From: Sphingomonas sp.
GTDB lineage: Bacteria; Pseudomonadota; Alphaproteobacteria; Sphingomonadales; Sphingomonadaceae
Length of the DNA stretch: 64,000 nucleotides
NCBI RefSeq assembly: GCF_036387535.1
Contig: NZ_DASVTO010000072.1
Location: 219 to 64,218, forward strand
Direction of reading: 5' to 3'
This document shows positions 1-10,246 of this stretch, one piece after another. Position numbers and translations under genes: made by a program. Under the pieces are notes generated by a model. It was not told the DNA's origin. It searched no databases and saw nothing but the letters and a program-made list of their open reading frames with translations. The first letter of the stretch is position 1; every line of letters begins with the position of its first letter.

Positions 1-668
1 CCGCCGACGCCGCGGCACTCGCCGCCTGCACCGCGCGCGCCAACGACCTGATGGCGTTGTCGCGGGAACGGATCGCGTCCGAACTGCTGAAATTGCTGGC
101 TCTGCCCGATCCGGTCGCCACGATCGCGCTGATGATCGACGGCGGGCTGTTCGTGCCGGTCCTGCCGGAAATCACGGCCGCTGCCCTCCCGACCTTGGCC
201 GCGCTGGCGACGGCCGAGGCGGCGGCCGACATCGCGCCTGACGGTCTCCGCCGGCTGGCCGCGCTGCTGCCGGTCGATCCTGTCCGGGCGGAGGCGATTG
301 CCCGCCGTTTGAAACTCTCCAAGGCGCAGACGCTGCGCCTGCGCCTGGCCGCGACCCGCGATGGCCCCGAAACGCCGGCCGCGCTCGCCTACCGCATCCG
401 CCTGGAACCCGCGATCGACCGCTTGCTGCTGACCGGCGGCGATGCGCGTGCGCTGATCGGCTGGGAACGACCGGCATTGGGGTTGAGCGGTGGGGATCTG
501 ATCGCGATGGGCCTGCCGCCCGGCCCCTTGGTGGCGGCGACGTTGCAGCGTGTCGAACGCGCCTGGTCCGACGCCGGATTTCCGGACGATGGCGCGAACG
601 CCATCGCGCGCGCCGCGGTCGCCGCCGCGCTGGCCGACGGCGTTCAGCCGGCGCGTTCCGCCCAATAG
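1..668 (+). CDS. cca: CCA-adding tRNA nucleotidyltransferase, C-terminal part (5' end outside window)
   Basis: LSRERIASELLKLL and LSGGDLIAMGLPPGPLV motifs typical of the class II CCA enzyme C-terminus. Confidence 0.85.
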   Translation, partial: ADAAALAACTARANDLMALSRERIASELLKLLALPDPVATIALMIDGGLFVPVLPEITAAALPTLAALATAEAAADIAPDGLRRLAALLPVDPVRAEAIARRLKLSKAQTLRLRLAATRDGPETPAALAYRIRLEPAIDRLLLTGGDARALIGWERPALGLSGGDLIAMGLPPGPLVAATLQRVERAWSDAGFPDDGANAIARAAVAAALADGVQPARSAQ

Positions 669-2398
669 GCGAAGGCCGCCGCGGCCGGCAGCGGCTTCGC
701 ATAATACCACCCCTGCCCCAGCGTGCAGCCCAGCGCACCAAGCGTCTGGCCGAGTTCCAGCGTCTCGACCCCTTCGGCAGTGGTGTTCATGCCCAGCGCC
801 GCCGCCAGGCTCAGCACCGCGCGCACGATCGCGAGCGAATCGCGATCGTGCAGCATCGGGGTCACGAAACTGCGGTCGATCTTCAGATCGTCGATCGGCA
901 GTTTCTGCAGATAGGCGAGTGAGGAATAGCCGGTCCCGAAATCGTCCATCGCCAACCGGACATCCTGTTCCCGCAGCGCATTCAGCACACGCATCGCATG
1001 TTCCGGATCGGCGACAATGCAGCTTTCGGTCAGTTCCAGTTTCAGCCGCCCGGCGACATCGTGCCGACCGAGCACGGCGGCCACGGTCGCGGCGACATCG
1101 TCGCGCTGCAACTGCACCGCGGACACATTGACGCAGACATGCACGGGCAGCTTGCGCCCGGCGGCCCGGTCCCATTCCGCCAAGGTCTGCGCCGCGCGTT
1201 CGATCGCCCAGCGGCCCAGCGGCAGGATCAGCCCGGATTCTTCCGCCACCGGAATGAACTCCGCCGGCCCGATCGTGCCATGATGCGGATCGTCCCACCG
1301 GGCCAGCGCCTCGAACCCCGAAATCGCGCCGGTGCGCAGATCGATCAGCGGCTGATAGGCCAGTGTCAGCCGATCGCCCTCGATCGCACGCCGCAATTCG
1401 GTTTCCAGGCTGAACCGCCGACGGACCGCGTTGACTTCGCCGGGTTGGTACAGCTCGACCCGGCCTGATGCCTTGGCGCGCTTGACCGCGAACAGGGCAT
1501 TGCGGAACAGTTCCGCGCCCTGCACGGATCGTCCGTCCGGCAGCGCGCACCCGATCGCGCAATCGACGCGGATTTCCATTTCCGACAGCCGGAACGGCGT
1601 GGACAAGGCCGCCTGGATGCGATGTGCCGCCACCATCGCGTCGTCGCTGTCCGGCCCCAGCCGCAAAAGGATCGCAAATTCATTGCCGCCGATTCGCGCC
1701 AGCATGTCGCCGCTGCGCACCGCCCCGACCAGCCGGCGCGCCACCGTGATGATCAATTCATCACCGGCCAGCGATCCCAGACATTCGTTGACCAGGCTGA
1801 ACCGCGCCAGATCCACGATCACCACCGCCAGGTCGCCACCGGCCCGGCTATATTCGCCACCGCCCGCGGTCGCGTCCCCGGTCGGCAGCGCGTCCACCGC
1901 GTCGGACAATGCGTCGCAAAACGCGGTACGGTTCGGCAACCCGGTCAGGCTGTCATGCATCATCTCGGCGCGCAGCGATCGTTGGCTCTGGACCTCCGCC
2001 GTCCGGTTCAACGCGGAAATCATCAGCCGATGGACGTTGCGTTCCACCTGGAACAGCCGCGCGATGCGGATCCGGTAATGATATCCCTGGATCTCGTCCC
2101 CATCGATCCAATCGAACTCCGCGGTCTTTGCATCGCTGTTCGCGAACTGAAGCACGCGGTCGAGCAGCGCGGGCCGGCTCAGCAGACCGCCCGACGAATC
2201 CCGGCCGACCCTGGCATAGCATTCGTTGTAATGCTGCAGCGTCAGAACATTGTCCCGCACGTCGGCGATGGCGGTGGGAATGGGCAACGCGTCCAGATAT
2301 GCCTGTCGTGCGCTGCCTACGATCGTCATCTGTTCGAACGTGTCCGGTCCGGAACGATCGGTCCTGTAATCGGACGAAGGAAGGATGGAGCCGCGCAT
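644..2398 (-). CDS. GGDEF-EAL protein with degenerate GGNEF and intact EAL; likely c-di-GMP phosphodiesterase
   Basis: HDSLTGLPNR, RIGGNEF, GFEALARW, DDFGTGYSSL motifs. Confidence 0.9.
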   Translation of the reverse strand: MRGSILPSSDYRTDRSGPDTFEQMTIVGSARQAYLDALPIPTAIADVRDNVLTLQHYNECYARVGRDSSGGLLSRPALLDRVLQFANSDAKTAEFDWIDGDEIQGYHYRIRIARLFQVERNVHRLMISALNRTAEVQSQRSLRAEMMHDSLTGLPNRTAFCDALSDAVDALPTGDATAGGGEYSRAGGDLAVVIVDLARFSLVNECLGSLAGDELIITVARRLVGAVRSGDMLARIGGNEFAILLRLGPDSDDAMVAAHRIQAALSTPFRLSEMEIRVDCAIGCALPDGRSVQGAELFRNALFAVKRAKASGRVELYQPGEVNAVRRRFSLETELRRAIEGDRLTLAYQPLIDLRTGAISGFEALARWDDPHHGTIGPAEFIPVAEESGLILPLGRWAIERAAQTLAEWDRAAGRKLPVHVCVNVSAVQLQRDDVAATVAAVLGRHDVAGRLKLELTESCIVADPEHAMRVLNALREQDVRLAMDDFGTGYSSLAYLQKLPIDDLKIDRSFVTPMLHDRDSLAIVRAVLSLAAALGMNTTAEGVETLELGQTLGALGCTLGQGWYYAKPLPAAAAFAYWAERAG

Positions 2399-2425
2399 GG
2401 TCGACTCCGATTAACCGGAAAAGCC

Positions 2426-4735
2426 TTAATTCTTCGTTGGCGCGGCCGGTTGTGCGATCGTCGACGCGCTGATCCGCCGTTCCTCGAACCGGTTGTCGCG
2501 CGGAAACCCGTTTGGCGGCATCCGCCCGCCCGCCCCGCGCGCGGTGCGCCACGCGCTCAGGTCGCTTTCGGTACGCATGCGTCCGCTGCCGCCGCCCATT
2601 GCCCAGCTGAGCCCCCGGTCGAACGCCAGCGTGATCGCATCGGAAAGGCCGCCGTCGCGGTACCGCTGCAACTGCACCCCCGCGCCGCGCGCCAGTTCGG
2701 GCAGCTCCGCGATCGGAAACACCACCAGCTTGCGGTTCTCGCCGATCACCGCGACGTAATCGTCACCCGGCGCGACATGGCGGACCACGCGCAGCTTGGA
2801 TCCCGGCCGCACATTCACCACCTGCCGCCCTTTCCGGGTTTCCGCCACCACGTCCGCCATCCGCGCCAGGAATCCGCGCCCGTCGCCGCTGGCCAGCAAC
2901 AGCCGGCCATCCGCCTGCGCCGGGAACATCGCCAGCAACGCCGCATCGCCCTCGACGTCGACCATCAACCGTACCGGCTCCCCGAACCCGCGGCCGCCCG
3001 GCAGCTTGTCCGCCGCCAACGTGTAGAACCGGCCATTGTCGGCGATCAGCAACAGCTTGTCCGTGGTCTGCGCATGGAATGCGAAGGCGGGGCCATCCCC
3101 CTCCTTGAACTTCAGCGTATCCGCCGCCGCCAGATCGCGGTGCCCGGTCATCGCGCGGATCCAGCCGCGTTCGGACAGGATCACCGTGATCGGTTCACGC
3201 TCGATCATCGCCTCCAGCGGGATTTCGCGTGCCGGCCCCGACTCGATCAGCATCGTGCGGCGCCGGCCAAGCGCCGTGTCCGGGGCATAGCGCTCGCGCA
3301 GCTTGCCCAGATCCTTCTTCATCCGCGCGCGCTGCTTGCCCGGACTGTCGAGCAACGCGACCAGCCCCGCGCGTTCTTTCGCCAGCCCGTCGCGCTCGCG
3401 CACGATCTCCATCTCCTCCAGCTTGCGCAGCGACCGCAGCCGCATGTTGAGGATCGCTTCCGCCTGCCGATCGGTCAGCCCCGCAAATTCCGCCAGCATC
3501 ACCGGCTTGGGCTCGTCCTCGGTGCGGATGATCTGGATCACGCGGTCCAGGTTCAGATACGCGATCAGATAGCCTTCGAGCAGTTCGATCCGGTCGTCGA
3601 TCTTGTCCAGCCGATGTCGCGTCCGCCGCACCAGCACCACGAACTGATGCTGCAACCATGCGTTTAGCGCCTGCGGCAGGCTCATCACCCCCGGCGTGCG
3701 CGTCGCATCCAGCACGTTCAGGTTGAGCGGCACCCGCACTTCCAGGTCGGTCATCCGGAACAGGCTGTCCATCAGCATCTGCGGATCGACCTTGCGGTCG
3801 CGCGGCTCCAGCACCAGCCGGATCGCCTCGTCGCTTTCGTCGCGCACATCCTCCAGGATCGGCAGCTTCTTGCTGGTGATCAGGTCGGCGATCTGCTCGA
3901 TCAGCTTGGATTTCTGCACCTGATACGGAATATCGTGGACGATGATCGCATAGGCCGATCGCTTGTCGGCCGGCTCTGCCACCTCCCACCGCGCCCGCAC
4001 CCGGAACGATCCACGCCCGGTCGCATAGGCTTCGCGGATCGCGACCGTCCCGTCGACCAGAACGCCGCCGGTCGGGAAATCCGGCCCGCGCACCGGGCCC
4101 TGTTCGGGGTCGACCAGCGCGGCGACGGGCGTGTCCGGGGCATCGATCAGGATCAGCGCGGCGTCGATCAGCTCGGCGACATTGTGCGGCGGGATCGACG
4201 TCGCCATCCCCACCGCGATCCCGCTCGCGCCATTGGCCAGCAGGTTGGGGAACAGGCCGGGAAACACCTCCGGCTCGATCTCGGCGCCATTGTAGCTCGG
4301 CCGGAAATCGACCGTGCCCTCGTCCAGACCCGCCATCAGATCGGCCGCGGCCAGCGTCATCCGTGCTTCGGTATAGCGCATCGCCGCGGCGTTATCGCCA
4401 TCGACATTGCCGAAATTGCCCTGCCCGTCGACCAGCGGATAACGGAGCGAGAATGTCTGCGCCAACCGGGCCATCGCGTCGTAGATCGACTGGTCGCCAT
4501 GCGGATGGTATTTGCCCATCACCTCGCCGACGACGCGCGCGCATTTCTGGTATCCGGCGGTGGGATCCAGCCGCAGCAGCCGCATCCCCCACAACAACCG
4601 CCGATGCACCGGCTTCAACCCGTCGCGCACGTCGGGCAACGACCGCGCCGTGATCGTCGACATCGCATAGACCAGGTACCGCTGCTCCAGCGCCTGATCG
4701 AACGGGGTATCGATGATGTCGGTGGGATGGGCCAT
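2426..4735 (-). CDS. parC: DNA topoisomerase IV subunit A
   Basis: RSLPDVRDGLKPVHRR, YHPHGDQSIYD, AAMRYTE; start taken at MAHPTD. Confidence 0.95.
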   Translation of the reverse strand: MAHPTDIIDTPFDQALEQRYLVYAMSTITARSLPDVRDGLKPVHRRLLWGMRLLRLDPTAGYQKCARVVGEVMGKYHPHGDQSIYDAMARLAQTFSLRYPLVDGQGNFGNVDGDNAAAMRYTEARMTLAAADLMAGLDEGTVDFRPSYNGAEIEPEVFPGLFPNLLANGASGIAVGMATSIPPHNVAELIDAALILIDAPDTPVAALVDPEQGPVRGPDFPTGGVLVDGTVAIREAYATGRGSFRVRARWEVAEPADKRSAYAIIVHDIPYQVQKSKLIEQIADLITSKKLPILEDVRDESDEAIRLVLEPRDRKVDPQMLMDSLFRMTDLEVRVPLNLNVLDATRTPGVMSLPQALNAWLQHQFVVLVRRTRHRLDKIDDRIELLEGYLIAYLNLDRVIQIIRTEDEPKPVMLAEFAGLTDRQAEAILNMRLRSLRKLEEMEIVRERDGLAKERAGLVALLDSPGKQRARMKKDLGKLRERYAPDTALGRRRTMLIESGPAREIPLEAMIEREPITVILSERGWIRAMTGHRDLAAADTLKFKEGDGPAFAFHAQTTDKLLLIADNGRFYTLAADKLPGGRGFGEPVRLMVDVEGDAALLAMFPAQADGRLLLASGDGRGFLARMADVVAETRKGRQVVNVRPGSKLRVVRHVAPGDDYVAVIGENRKLVVFPIAELPELARGAGVQLQRYRDGGLSDAITLAFDRGLSWAMGGGSGRMRTESDLSAWRTARGAGGRMPPNGFPRDNRFEERRISASTIAQPAAPTKN

Positions 4736-4941
4736 GTCCCCGCGATAGCAAAGCGGGAGGAACGAAGCGAGTACCCGCATCGCCGGCCGCTTCAGCGCGT
4801 CAGGGCATGGTTCCGGATCAGGATGTTTCCGGAATGTCCGGCCCGCAGCGATTTGCCGATCATGGCCGGCGCATGGCCGCCATGCACCCATCTCGCGTCC
4901 GACGCGTTCCTGCCCCGAACCCAAAGCGAAGGAGTCACCCC

Positions 4942-5175
4942 ATGGCCGACATCAGCCAGATCCGGGAACATATGAACGTCATCGGCGCCGACGGCGTGCA
5001 TGTCGGGACGGTCGATCATCTCGACGGCGATCGCATCAAGCTGACGAAGACCGACAGCGGCGACGGCAAGCATCATTATATCGCGACCGGGCTGGTGGCG
5101 GAGGTCGAAGGCGACGATGTACGGTTGTCCGCCAACGCGGATGTCGCGGTGTCGATCTTCGAAGAGTCCGAATGA
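4942..5175 (+). CDS. DUF2171-family small protein
   Basis: IREHMNVIGADGVHVGTVDHLDGDRIKLTK signature; GGAG RBS upstream. Confidence 0.8.
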   Translation: MADISQIREHMNVIGADGVHVGTVDHLDGDRIKLTKTDSGDGKHHYIATGLVAEVEGDDVRLSANADVAVSIFEESE

Positions 5176-5324
5176 TCCCATTTCCGGATCGCGCGCCATT
5201 TGCGTGGGGGCCGCGGCTCCGCTAAGAGCGACTCCCGTCCGCCCCGGCTGCGCATCGATCCGATGCCGCGTCCGGGGCGGTCCTCTTTCTACGGACATGT
5301 CCGTCCGAACTGCCGGAGCCGCCC

Positions 5325-6104
5325 ATGACCCGCCGCCGCCAGATCTACGAAGGCAAGGCCAAGATTCTTTATGAAGGCCCCGAACCCGGCACGCTGATCC
5401 AGTATTTCAAGGACGATGCCACTGCGTTCAACGCGCAGAAGAAGGGCACGATCAACGGCAAGGGCGTCCTCAACAACCGGATTTCCGAACATATCTTCAC
5501 CATGCTCGGCACGATCGGGGTGCCGACGCACTTCATCCGCCGCCTCAACATGCGCGAACAGCTGATCCGCCAGGTCGAGATCATCCCGATCGAGGTCGTG
5601 GTCCGCAATGTCGCCGCCGGGTCGATCGTCAAGCGGCTGGGGATCGAAGAGGGGCTGCAACTGCCCCGCACGATCATCGAATATTATTACAAGGACGATG
5701 CGCTCGGCGATCCGATGGTCGCCGACGAACATATCGCCTGCTTCGGCTGGGCCAGCCAGGAGGAGATGCACGACATCGCCGACATGGCGATCCGCGTGAA
5801 CGATTTCCTGTGCGGCCTGTTCGCCGGCATCGGCATCCGGCTGGTGGACTTCAAGCTGGAATTCGGCCGCATCTGGGACAATGATTTCGGGCGCATCCTG
5901 CTGGCCGACGAAATCAGCCCGGACGGCTGCCGGCTGTGGGATATCGCCACCGGCGAAAAGCTCGACAAGGATCGCTTCCGTCAGGATCTGGGCGGCGAAG
6001 TCGAAGCCTATCAGGAAATCGCCCGCCGTCTTGGTCTCTTGCCCGAGGGTGCCGACACGACGGTTCTCGACATGGAAAAGCACCGGAAAAAGCGGGACAA
6101 ATAG
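5325..6104 (+). CDS. purC: SAICAR synthetase
   Basis: [41 protein letters not shown]. Confidence 0.97.
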   Translation: MTRRRQIYEGKAKILYEGPEPGTLIQYFKDDATAFNAQKKGTINGKGVLNNRISEHIFTMLGTIGVPTHFIRRLNMREQLIRQVEIIPIEVVVRNVAAGSIVKRLGIEEGLQLPRTIIEYYYKDDALGDPMVADEHIACFGWASQEEMHDIADMAIRVNDFLCGLFAGIGIRLVDFKLEFGRIWDNDFGRILLADEISPDGCRLWDIATGEKLDKDRFRQDLGGEVEAYQEIARRLGLLPEGADTTVLDMEKHRKKRDK

Positions 6105-6138
6105 GGCGCCGATCGACGGCGTCATCCCCAGCCTCTTC

Positions 6139-6224
6139 CGTCATCCCGGCGAAAGCCGGGATCTCCCTTGGGCTGGACGTGGGCTCTTTACCTGCGCGAG
6201 ATCCCGGCATGCGCCGGGATGACG
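6139..6224. repeat. REP-like composite palindrome between the convergent purC and bpt genes
   Basis: CGTCATCCCGGCGAAAGCCGGGATCTC ... GAGATCCCGGCATGCGCCGGGATGACG: two internal hairpins in inverted orientation. Confidence 0.75.
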
Positions 6225-6259
6225 AAATTTGGCTGTAGTGCCTGACCGCTAAGCCACCC

Positions 6260-7066
6260 TCACTCCGCCGCGCGCACCACGCCGTCCTTGGCCGGCATCG
6301 CCGCCTTGCCCGCCGATGTCGACGCGGCGACCGGCGGCGCCATCCGCACCCAACCGCCCGGTCCCAGCCGTTCCAGCGGCTGATAACGGGTCTTGTACTG
6401 CATGCGCGGGCTCTGCTCGACCCAATAGCCGAGATAGACATAGGCCAGCCCCGACTGCGCCGCGCGCAGGATATGATCGAGGATGATGAACGTCCCCAAC
6501 CCCTGCCGCACGCCTTCGTCCGGTTCGAAAAAGCTGTAGACCATCGACAGCCCGTCCGCCTGGCGATCGGTCAGGCAGGCGCCGACCAGACGACCCGGAC
6601 GACCATTTACGGACGGCTCGCGATATTCGACCACCAGCGTGTCGACCGGCGTCTGTTCGACCATGTCGGCGAAATCCAGCTCGTCCATCTCAGCCATTCC
6701 GCCACCGGGGTGGCGCGCCGCCAGATAGCGGCGCAACAGCGCGAACTGCTCTTCGGTGGTCCACGGCTTGCACGCGCTGATGTCGAGGTCGGCGTGCCGG
6801 CGCAGCAACTTGCGCTGGCTGGCGTTGGGCTTGAACTCGCCCGCCACCACGCGCACCGAAATGCAGGCGGTGCAATCCTGGCAGGACGGGCGATAAGCGA
6901 CCCCCTGGCTGCGGCGGAACCCGATTCGCCCGAGCGCATCGTTCAGCTCAGCCGCATGCGCGCCCGACAACTCCGTAAACACCTTCCGCTCGCTCCGCCC
7001 CGGGATATAGGGGCACGGCGCGGGCGTGGTCACGAAGAAACGGGGGAAACGGAACTGCGCGCTCAC
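6260..7066 (-). CDS. bpt: ATE-family aminoacyl-tRNA-protein transferase (Asp/Glu leucyltransferase, often annotated arginyltransferase)
   Basis: [38 protein letters not shown] motifs. Confidence 0.9.
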   Translation of the reverse strand: MSAQFRFPRFFVTTPAPCPYIPGRSERKVFTELSGAHAAELNDALGRIGFRRSQGVAYRPSCQDCTACISVRVVAGEFKPNASQRKLLRRHADLDISACKPWTTEEQFALLRRYLAARHPGGGMAEMDELDFADMVEQTPVDTLVVEYREPSVNGRPGRLVGACLTDRQADGLSMVYSFFEPDEGVRQGLGTFIILDHILRAAQSGLAYVYLGYWVEQSPRMQYKTRYQPLERLGPGGWVRMAPPVAASTSAGKAAMPAKDGVVRAAE

Positions 7067-7189
7067 CGGCGGTGAAGCCTCTCGGTCGGGGTGAATCGAT
7101 CACACAGTTATGGGCGTAGCGGACGATCGTGAAAAGAGCGTTCCTCCGCATTATTGCGGAGCGCCCCGCCGCGGAAGTATCTATGGCCG

Positions 7190-8431
7190 TCAGGCGAGTT
7201 CGACCGGCGTCACCTCATACCCCGCCGTCTCCAGCGCGGCCATCAATCGCTCCAGATGCGCGCGGTCCCGCGTCTCGCATTCGATATCGGTGATCAGGCC
7301 CTTCGCCGGCAACGTCGTGAACACGCGTTGATGATAGATTTCGATGATGTTGACCTGCTGCTCGTCGAACACGCGGGCCACGTTGAACAATTGTCCCGGT
7401 CGATCCTTCAACCGGATCCGCAACCGCGCCAGCCGGCCCGACCGCGCCAGATCGCGCAACAGCACATTGGCGAGCAGCCGGGTGTCGATATTGCCGCCGC
7501 ACAACACCACGCCCACCGTCCGCCCGCGGAACCGCTCCGGGTCGGACAGCAACGCCGCCAGCCCGGCCGCGCCGGCGCCTTCCACGACCGTCTTCTCGAT
7601 CTGCAACAGCAGCGACACCGCGCGTTCCAGGTCGCGTTCGGAAACCAGGACGATGCCGTCGACGCGTTCGGCGATGATCTGCGCGGTGATCCCGCCCGGC
7701 TGTTTGACCGCGATGCCCTCCGCCAGCGTATCGCCACCGCACGGCATCTCCGTGCCGTGGATGCGGTTGTACATCGACGGATAGAGTTCGGCCTCGACCC
7801 CGATCACCTCGATCGGCCGGTCCTGCGCCTTGGCGACGGTCGCAACCCCCGAAATCAGCCCCCCGCCACCGATCGGCACCGCGAACATGTCGATCGCCGG
7901 CACATCCTGCAGCATCTCGATCGCGGTGGTACCCTGCCCGGCAATGATCTCCGCATCGTCGAACGGATGGACGATGGTCTGCCCCTCGGTCGCCGCGACG
8001 GCCTTCGCATGCGCCAGCGACTCGTCGACATTCTCCCCGAACAGGATGATCCGCGCCTGGTGGCTTTCGGTCTGCTGCACCTTCACGATCGGCGTCGTCG
8101 TCGGCATCACGATCGTCGCCGGCACGCCCAGCCGCCGGGCATGATAGGCCAGCCCCTGCGCATGATTGCCCGCCGACGCCGCGATCACGCCGCACCGCCG
8201 CTGCACCTCGCCCATCTGCAACAATTTGTTCAGCGCCCCGCGTTCCTTGTACGCGGCGGTGAACTGCAGATTCTCGAATTTCAGATACACCGTCGCGCCG
8301 GTCAGCTCGGACAGCGTCCGGCTGAGCAGCGTCGGCGTCCGCACGATCGCCGGTGCGATCCGGGCATGCGCCGCACGGACATCATCGAAGGAGACCGGAA
8401 GGTCGGCGGGAAGGACGGGTGCGGTGGCCAT
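7190..8431 (-). CDS. ilvA: Threonine ammonia-lyase (dehydratase) with C-terminal ACT domain
   Basis: LKFENLQFTAAYKERGA PLP lysine motif, SAGNHAQG, PIGGGGL, DRPGQL ACT; true start MATAPV lies inside the 977-aa ORF. Confidence 0.9.
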   Translation of the reverse strand: MATAPVLPADLPVSFDDVRAAHARIAPAIVRTPTLLSRTLSELTGATVYLKFENLQFTAAYKERGALNKLLQMGEVQRRCGVIAASAGNHAQGLAYHARRLGVPATIVMPTTTPIVKVQQTESHQARIILFGENVDESLAHAKAVAATEGQTIVHPFDDAEIIAGQGTTAIEMLQDVPAIDMFAVPIGGGGLISGVATVAKAQDRPIEVIGVEAELYPSMYNRIHGTEMPCGGDTLAEGIAVKQPGGITAQIIAERVDGIVLVSERDLERAVSLLLQIEKTVVEGAGAAGLAALLSDPERFRGRTVGVVLCGGNIDTRLLANVLLRDLARSGRLARLRIRLKDRPGQLFNVARVFDEQQVNIIEIYHQRVFTTLPAKGLITDIECETRDRAHLERLMAALETAGYEVTPVELA

Positions 8432-8539
8432 GATGCCTCCTATCGGACTGATGCGCGATAGAGAACCCTCTTGCCCACACGCCGGCGCCGGGCGGACAGG
8501 GCCGTGGCAATCATGGCGGCACCGTTCTAAGAACGGCCG

Positions 8540-10240
8540 ATGCAGATCTTCCGCCTTGTCGCGCCCGCACTTCTGGTCGCAATCGTCGTGGCCGCCCCCG
8601 CGGATGCCCGCCGCAAACCGGCCGCAACCTTGCCGCCGCCCCCGAATGCCGGCGGACTGATCGACAATGTCAACGGCTATACGTTGGACGACAAGGGCCG
8701 CGTCGTCCGGTTCACCGGCATGCTGGTCGACAAGGCCGGCAAGATCGCCAAACTGTACCAGGCCGGCGACACGCGTGAGAAATGGCTGGATTTCAAGCTC
8801 GACGCCGGCGGCCGCACGCTGTTGCCGGGCATGATCGACGCGCATGGCCATGTCATGGAACTCGGCTTCCGCGCGACGGAGCTGGATCTGTCCGCCACCA
8901 CCAGCCTGGCGGACGCGCAAACGAAGCTGTCCGCTTATGCCCGCGCCCATCCGACGCCGATCTGGATTCGTGGCGGCGGCTGGAACCAGGAACGCTGGGG
9001 GCTGGGCCGCTTCCCGACCGCGGCCGATCTGGATGCGGCGGTGCGCGACCGGCCGGTGGTGCTGGCGCGTGTCGATGGCCATGCGCTGCTCGCCAACCGC
9101 GCCGCGCTGTCCGCCGCCGGGATCACGGCCCGGACGAAGGATCCCGCCGGCGGCCGGATCGAACGCGATGCGCAGGGCAATCCCACCGGCGTGCTGGTCG
9201 ATGCCGCACAGGATCTGCTGCAGCGGGTCGTGCCCGCGCCGCTGCCGCGCGAACGCGATGCCGCGCTGGCATCGGCGCAGGATCAGCTGCTGGCCGACGG
9301 CATCGTCGCCACCGCCGACATGGGCACCTCGGTCGAGGATTGGAACACCTATCGCCGCGCCGGCGACATCGGCCAGCTTCGCGTACGGCTGATCGCCTAT
9401 GCCGCGGGCATCGACCCGCTGCTGTCGATCGCCGGTGGCGGCCCCACGCCGTGGCTGTACGACAGCCGGCTGAAAATGGTCGGGGTCAAGCTGTATGGCG
9501 ATGGTGCGCTCGGATCGCGCGGCGCCTGGCTGAAACGCCCTTATGCCGATGCACCCGGGCAACGCGGGCTGTCGTTCCTGGACGATACCAAATTGCGCAA
9601 CCTGATGAGCCGTGCCGCGATGGACGGGTTTCAGGTTGCGATTCACGCCATCGGCGACGCCGCCAATGCTCAGGCGCTCGACGCGATCGAGGAGGTCGCA
9701 CTCACCTACAAGGGCGATCGCCGCTGGCGGATCGAACATGCCCAGATCGTCGATCCCGTCGATCTGCCACGCTTCGGCAAGAACGGCATCATCGCCTCGA
9801 TGCAACCGGTGCACCAGACCAGCGACCGTCTGATGGCAGAGGCTCGGCTGGGGCCGGACCGGCTGACCGATGCCTATGCCTGGAAAGCGATGCTGGCTGC
9901 CGGCGCGAAACTCGCCTTCGGGTCGGACTATCCGGTCGAAAGCCCCGATCCGTTCGCCGGCCTCGCCGCCGCGATCAGCCGCGAGGATCCCGCCGGCCAA
10001 CCGCCCGGCGGCTGGCATCCCGAACAGAAACTCGACCTTCCCACCGCGCTGGCCGCCTTCACGACCGGCGCGGCCTATGCCAGCTTCACCGAATCGATGC
10101 TCGGCAGCCTGCAACCCGGCCATCTCGCCGACTTCATCCTGGTCGACACCGATCCCTTCACCGCCACCCCTGCCCAGATCCGTGCCACCAAGGTCCAGGA
10201 AACCTGGGTCGGCGGGCGGCGCGTGTGGCGGCGGAAATAG
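8540..10240 (+). CDS. Secreted amidohydrolase family 3 (YtcJ-like)
   Basis: Signal peptide; PGMIDAHGH, DGALGSRGA, HAIGD, RIEHAQ, FGSDYP. Confidence 0.88.
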   Translation: MQIFRLVAPALLVAIVVAAPADARRKPAATLPPPPNAGGLIDNVNGYTLDDKGRVVRFTGMLVDKAGKIAKLYQAGDTREKWLDFKLDAGGRTLLPGMIDAHGHVMELGFRATELDLSATTSLADAQTKLSAYARAHPTPIWIRGGGWNQERWGLGRFPTAADLDAAVRDRPVVLARVDGHALLANRAALSAAGITARTKDPAGGRIERDAQGNPTGVLVDAAQDLLQRVVPAPLPRERDAALASAQDQLLADGIVATADMGTSVEDWNTYRRAGDIGQLRVRLIAYAAGIDPLLSIAGGGPTPWLYDSRLKMVGVKLYGDGALGSRGAWLKRPYADAPGQRGLSFLDDTKLRNLMSRAAMDGFQVAIHAIGDAANAQALDAIEEVALTYKGDRRWRIEHAQIVDPVDLPRFGKNGIIASMQPVHQTSDRLMAEARLGPDRLTDAYAWKAMLAAGAKLAFGSDYPVESPDPFAGLAAAISREDPAGQPPGGWHPEQKLDLPTALAAFTTGAAYASFTESMLGSLQPGHLADFILVDTDPFTATPAQIRATKVQETWVGGRRVWRRK

Positions 10241-10246
10241 CGCGGC

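Noticed and set aside
8432-10123. Apparent 977-aa threonine dehydratase fusion
   Set aside because: The extension is the antisense of the amidohydrolase gene; the real start is at 8431
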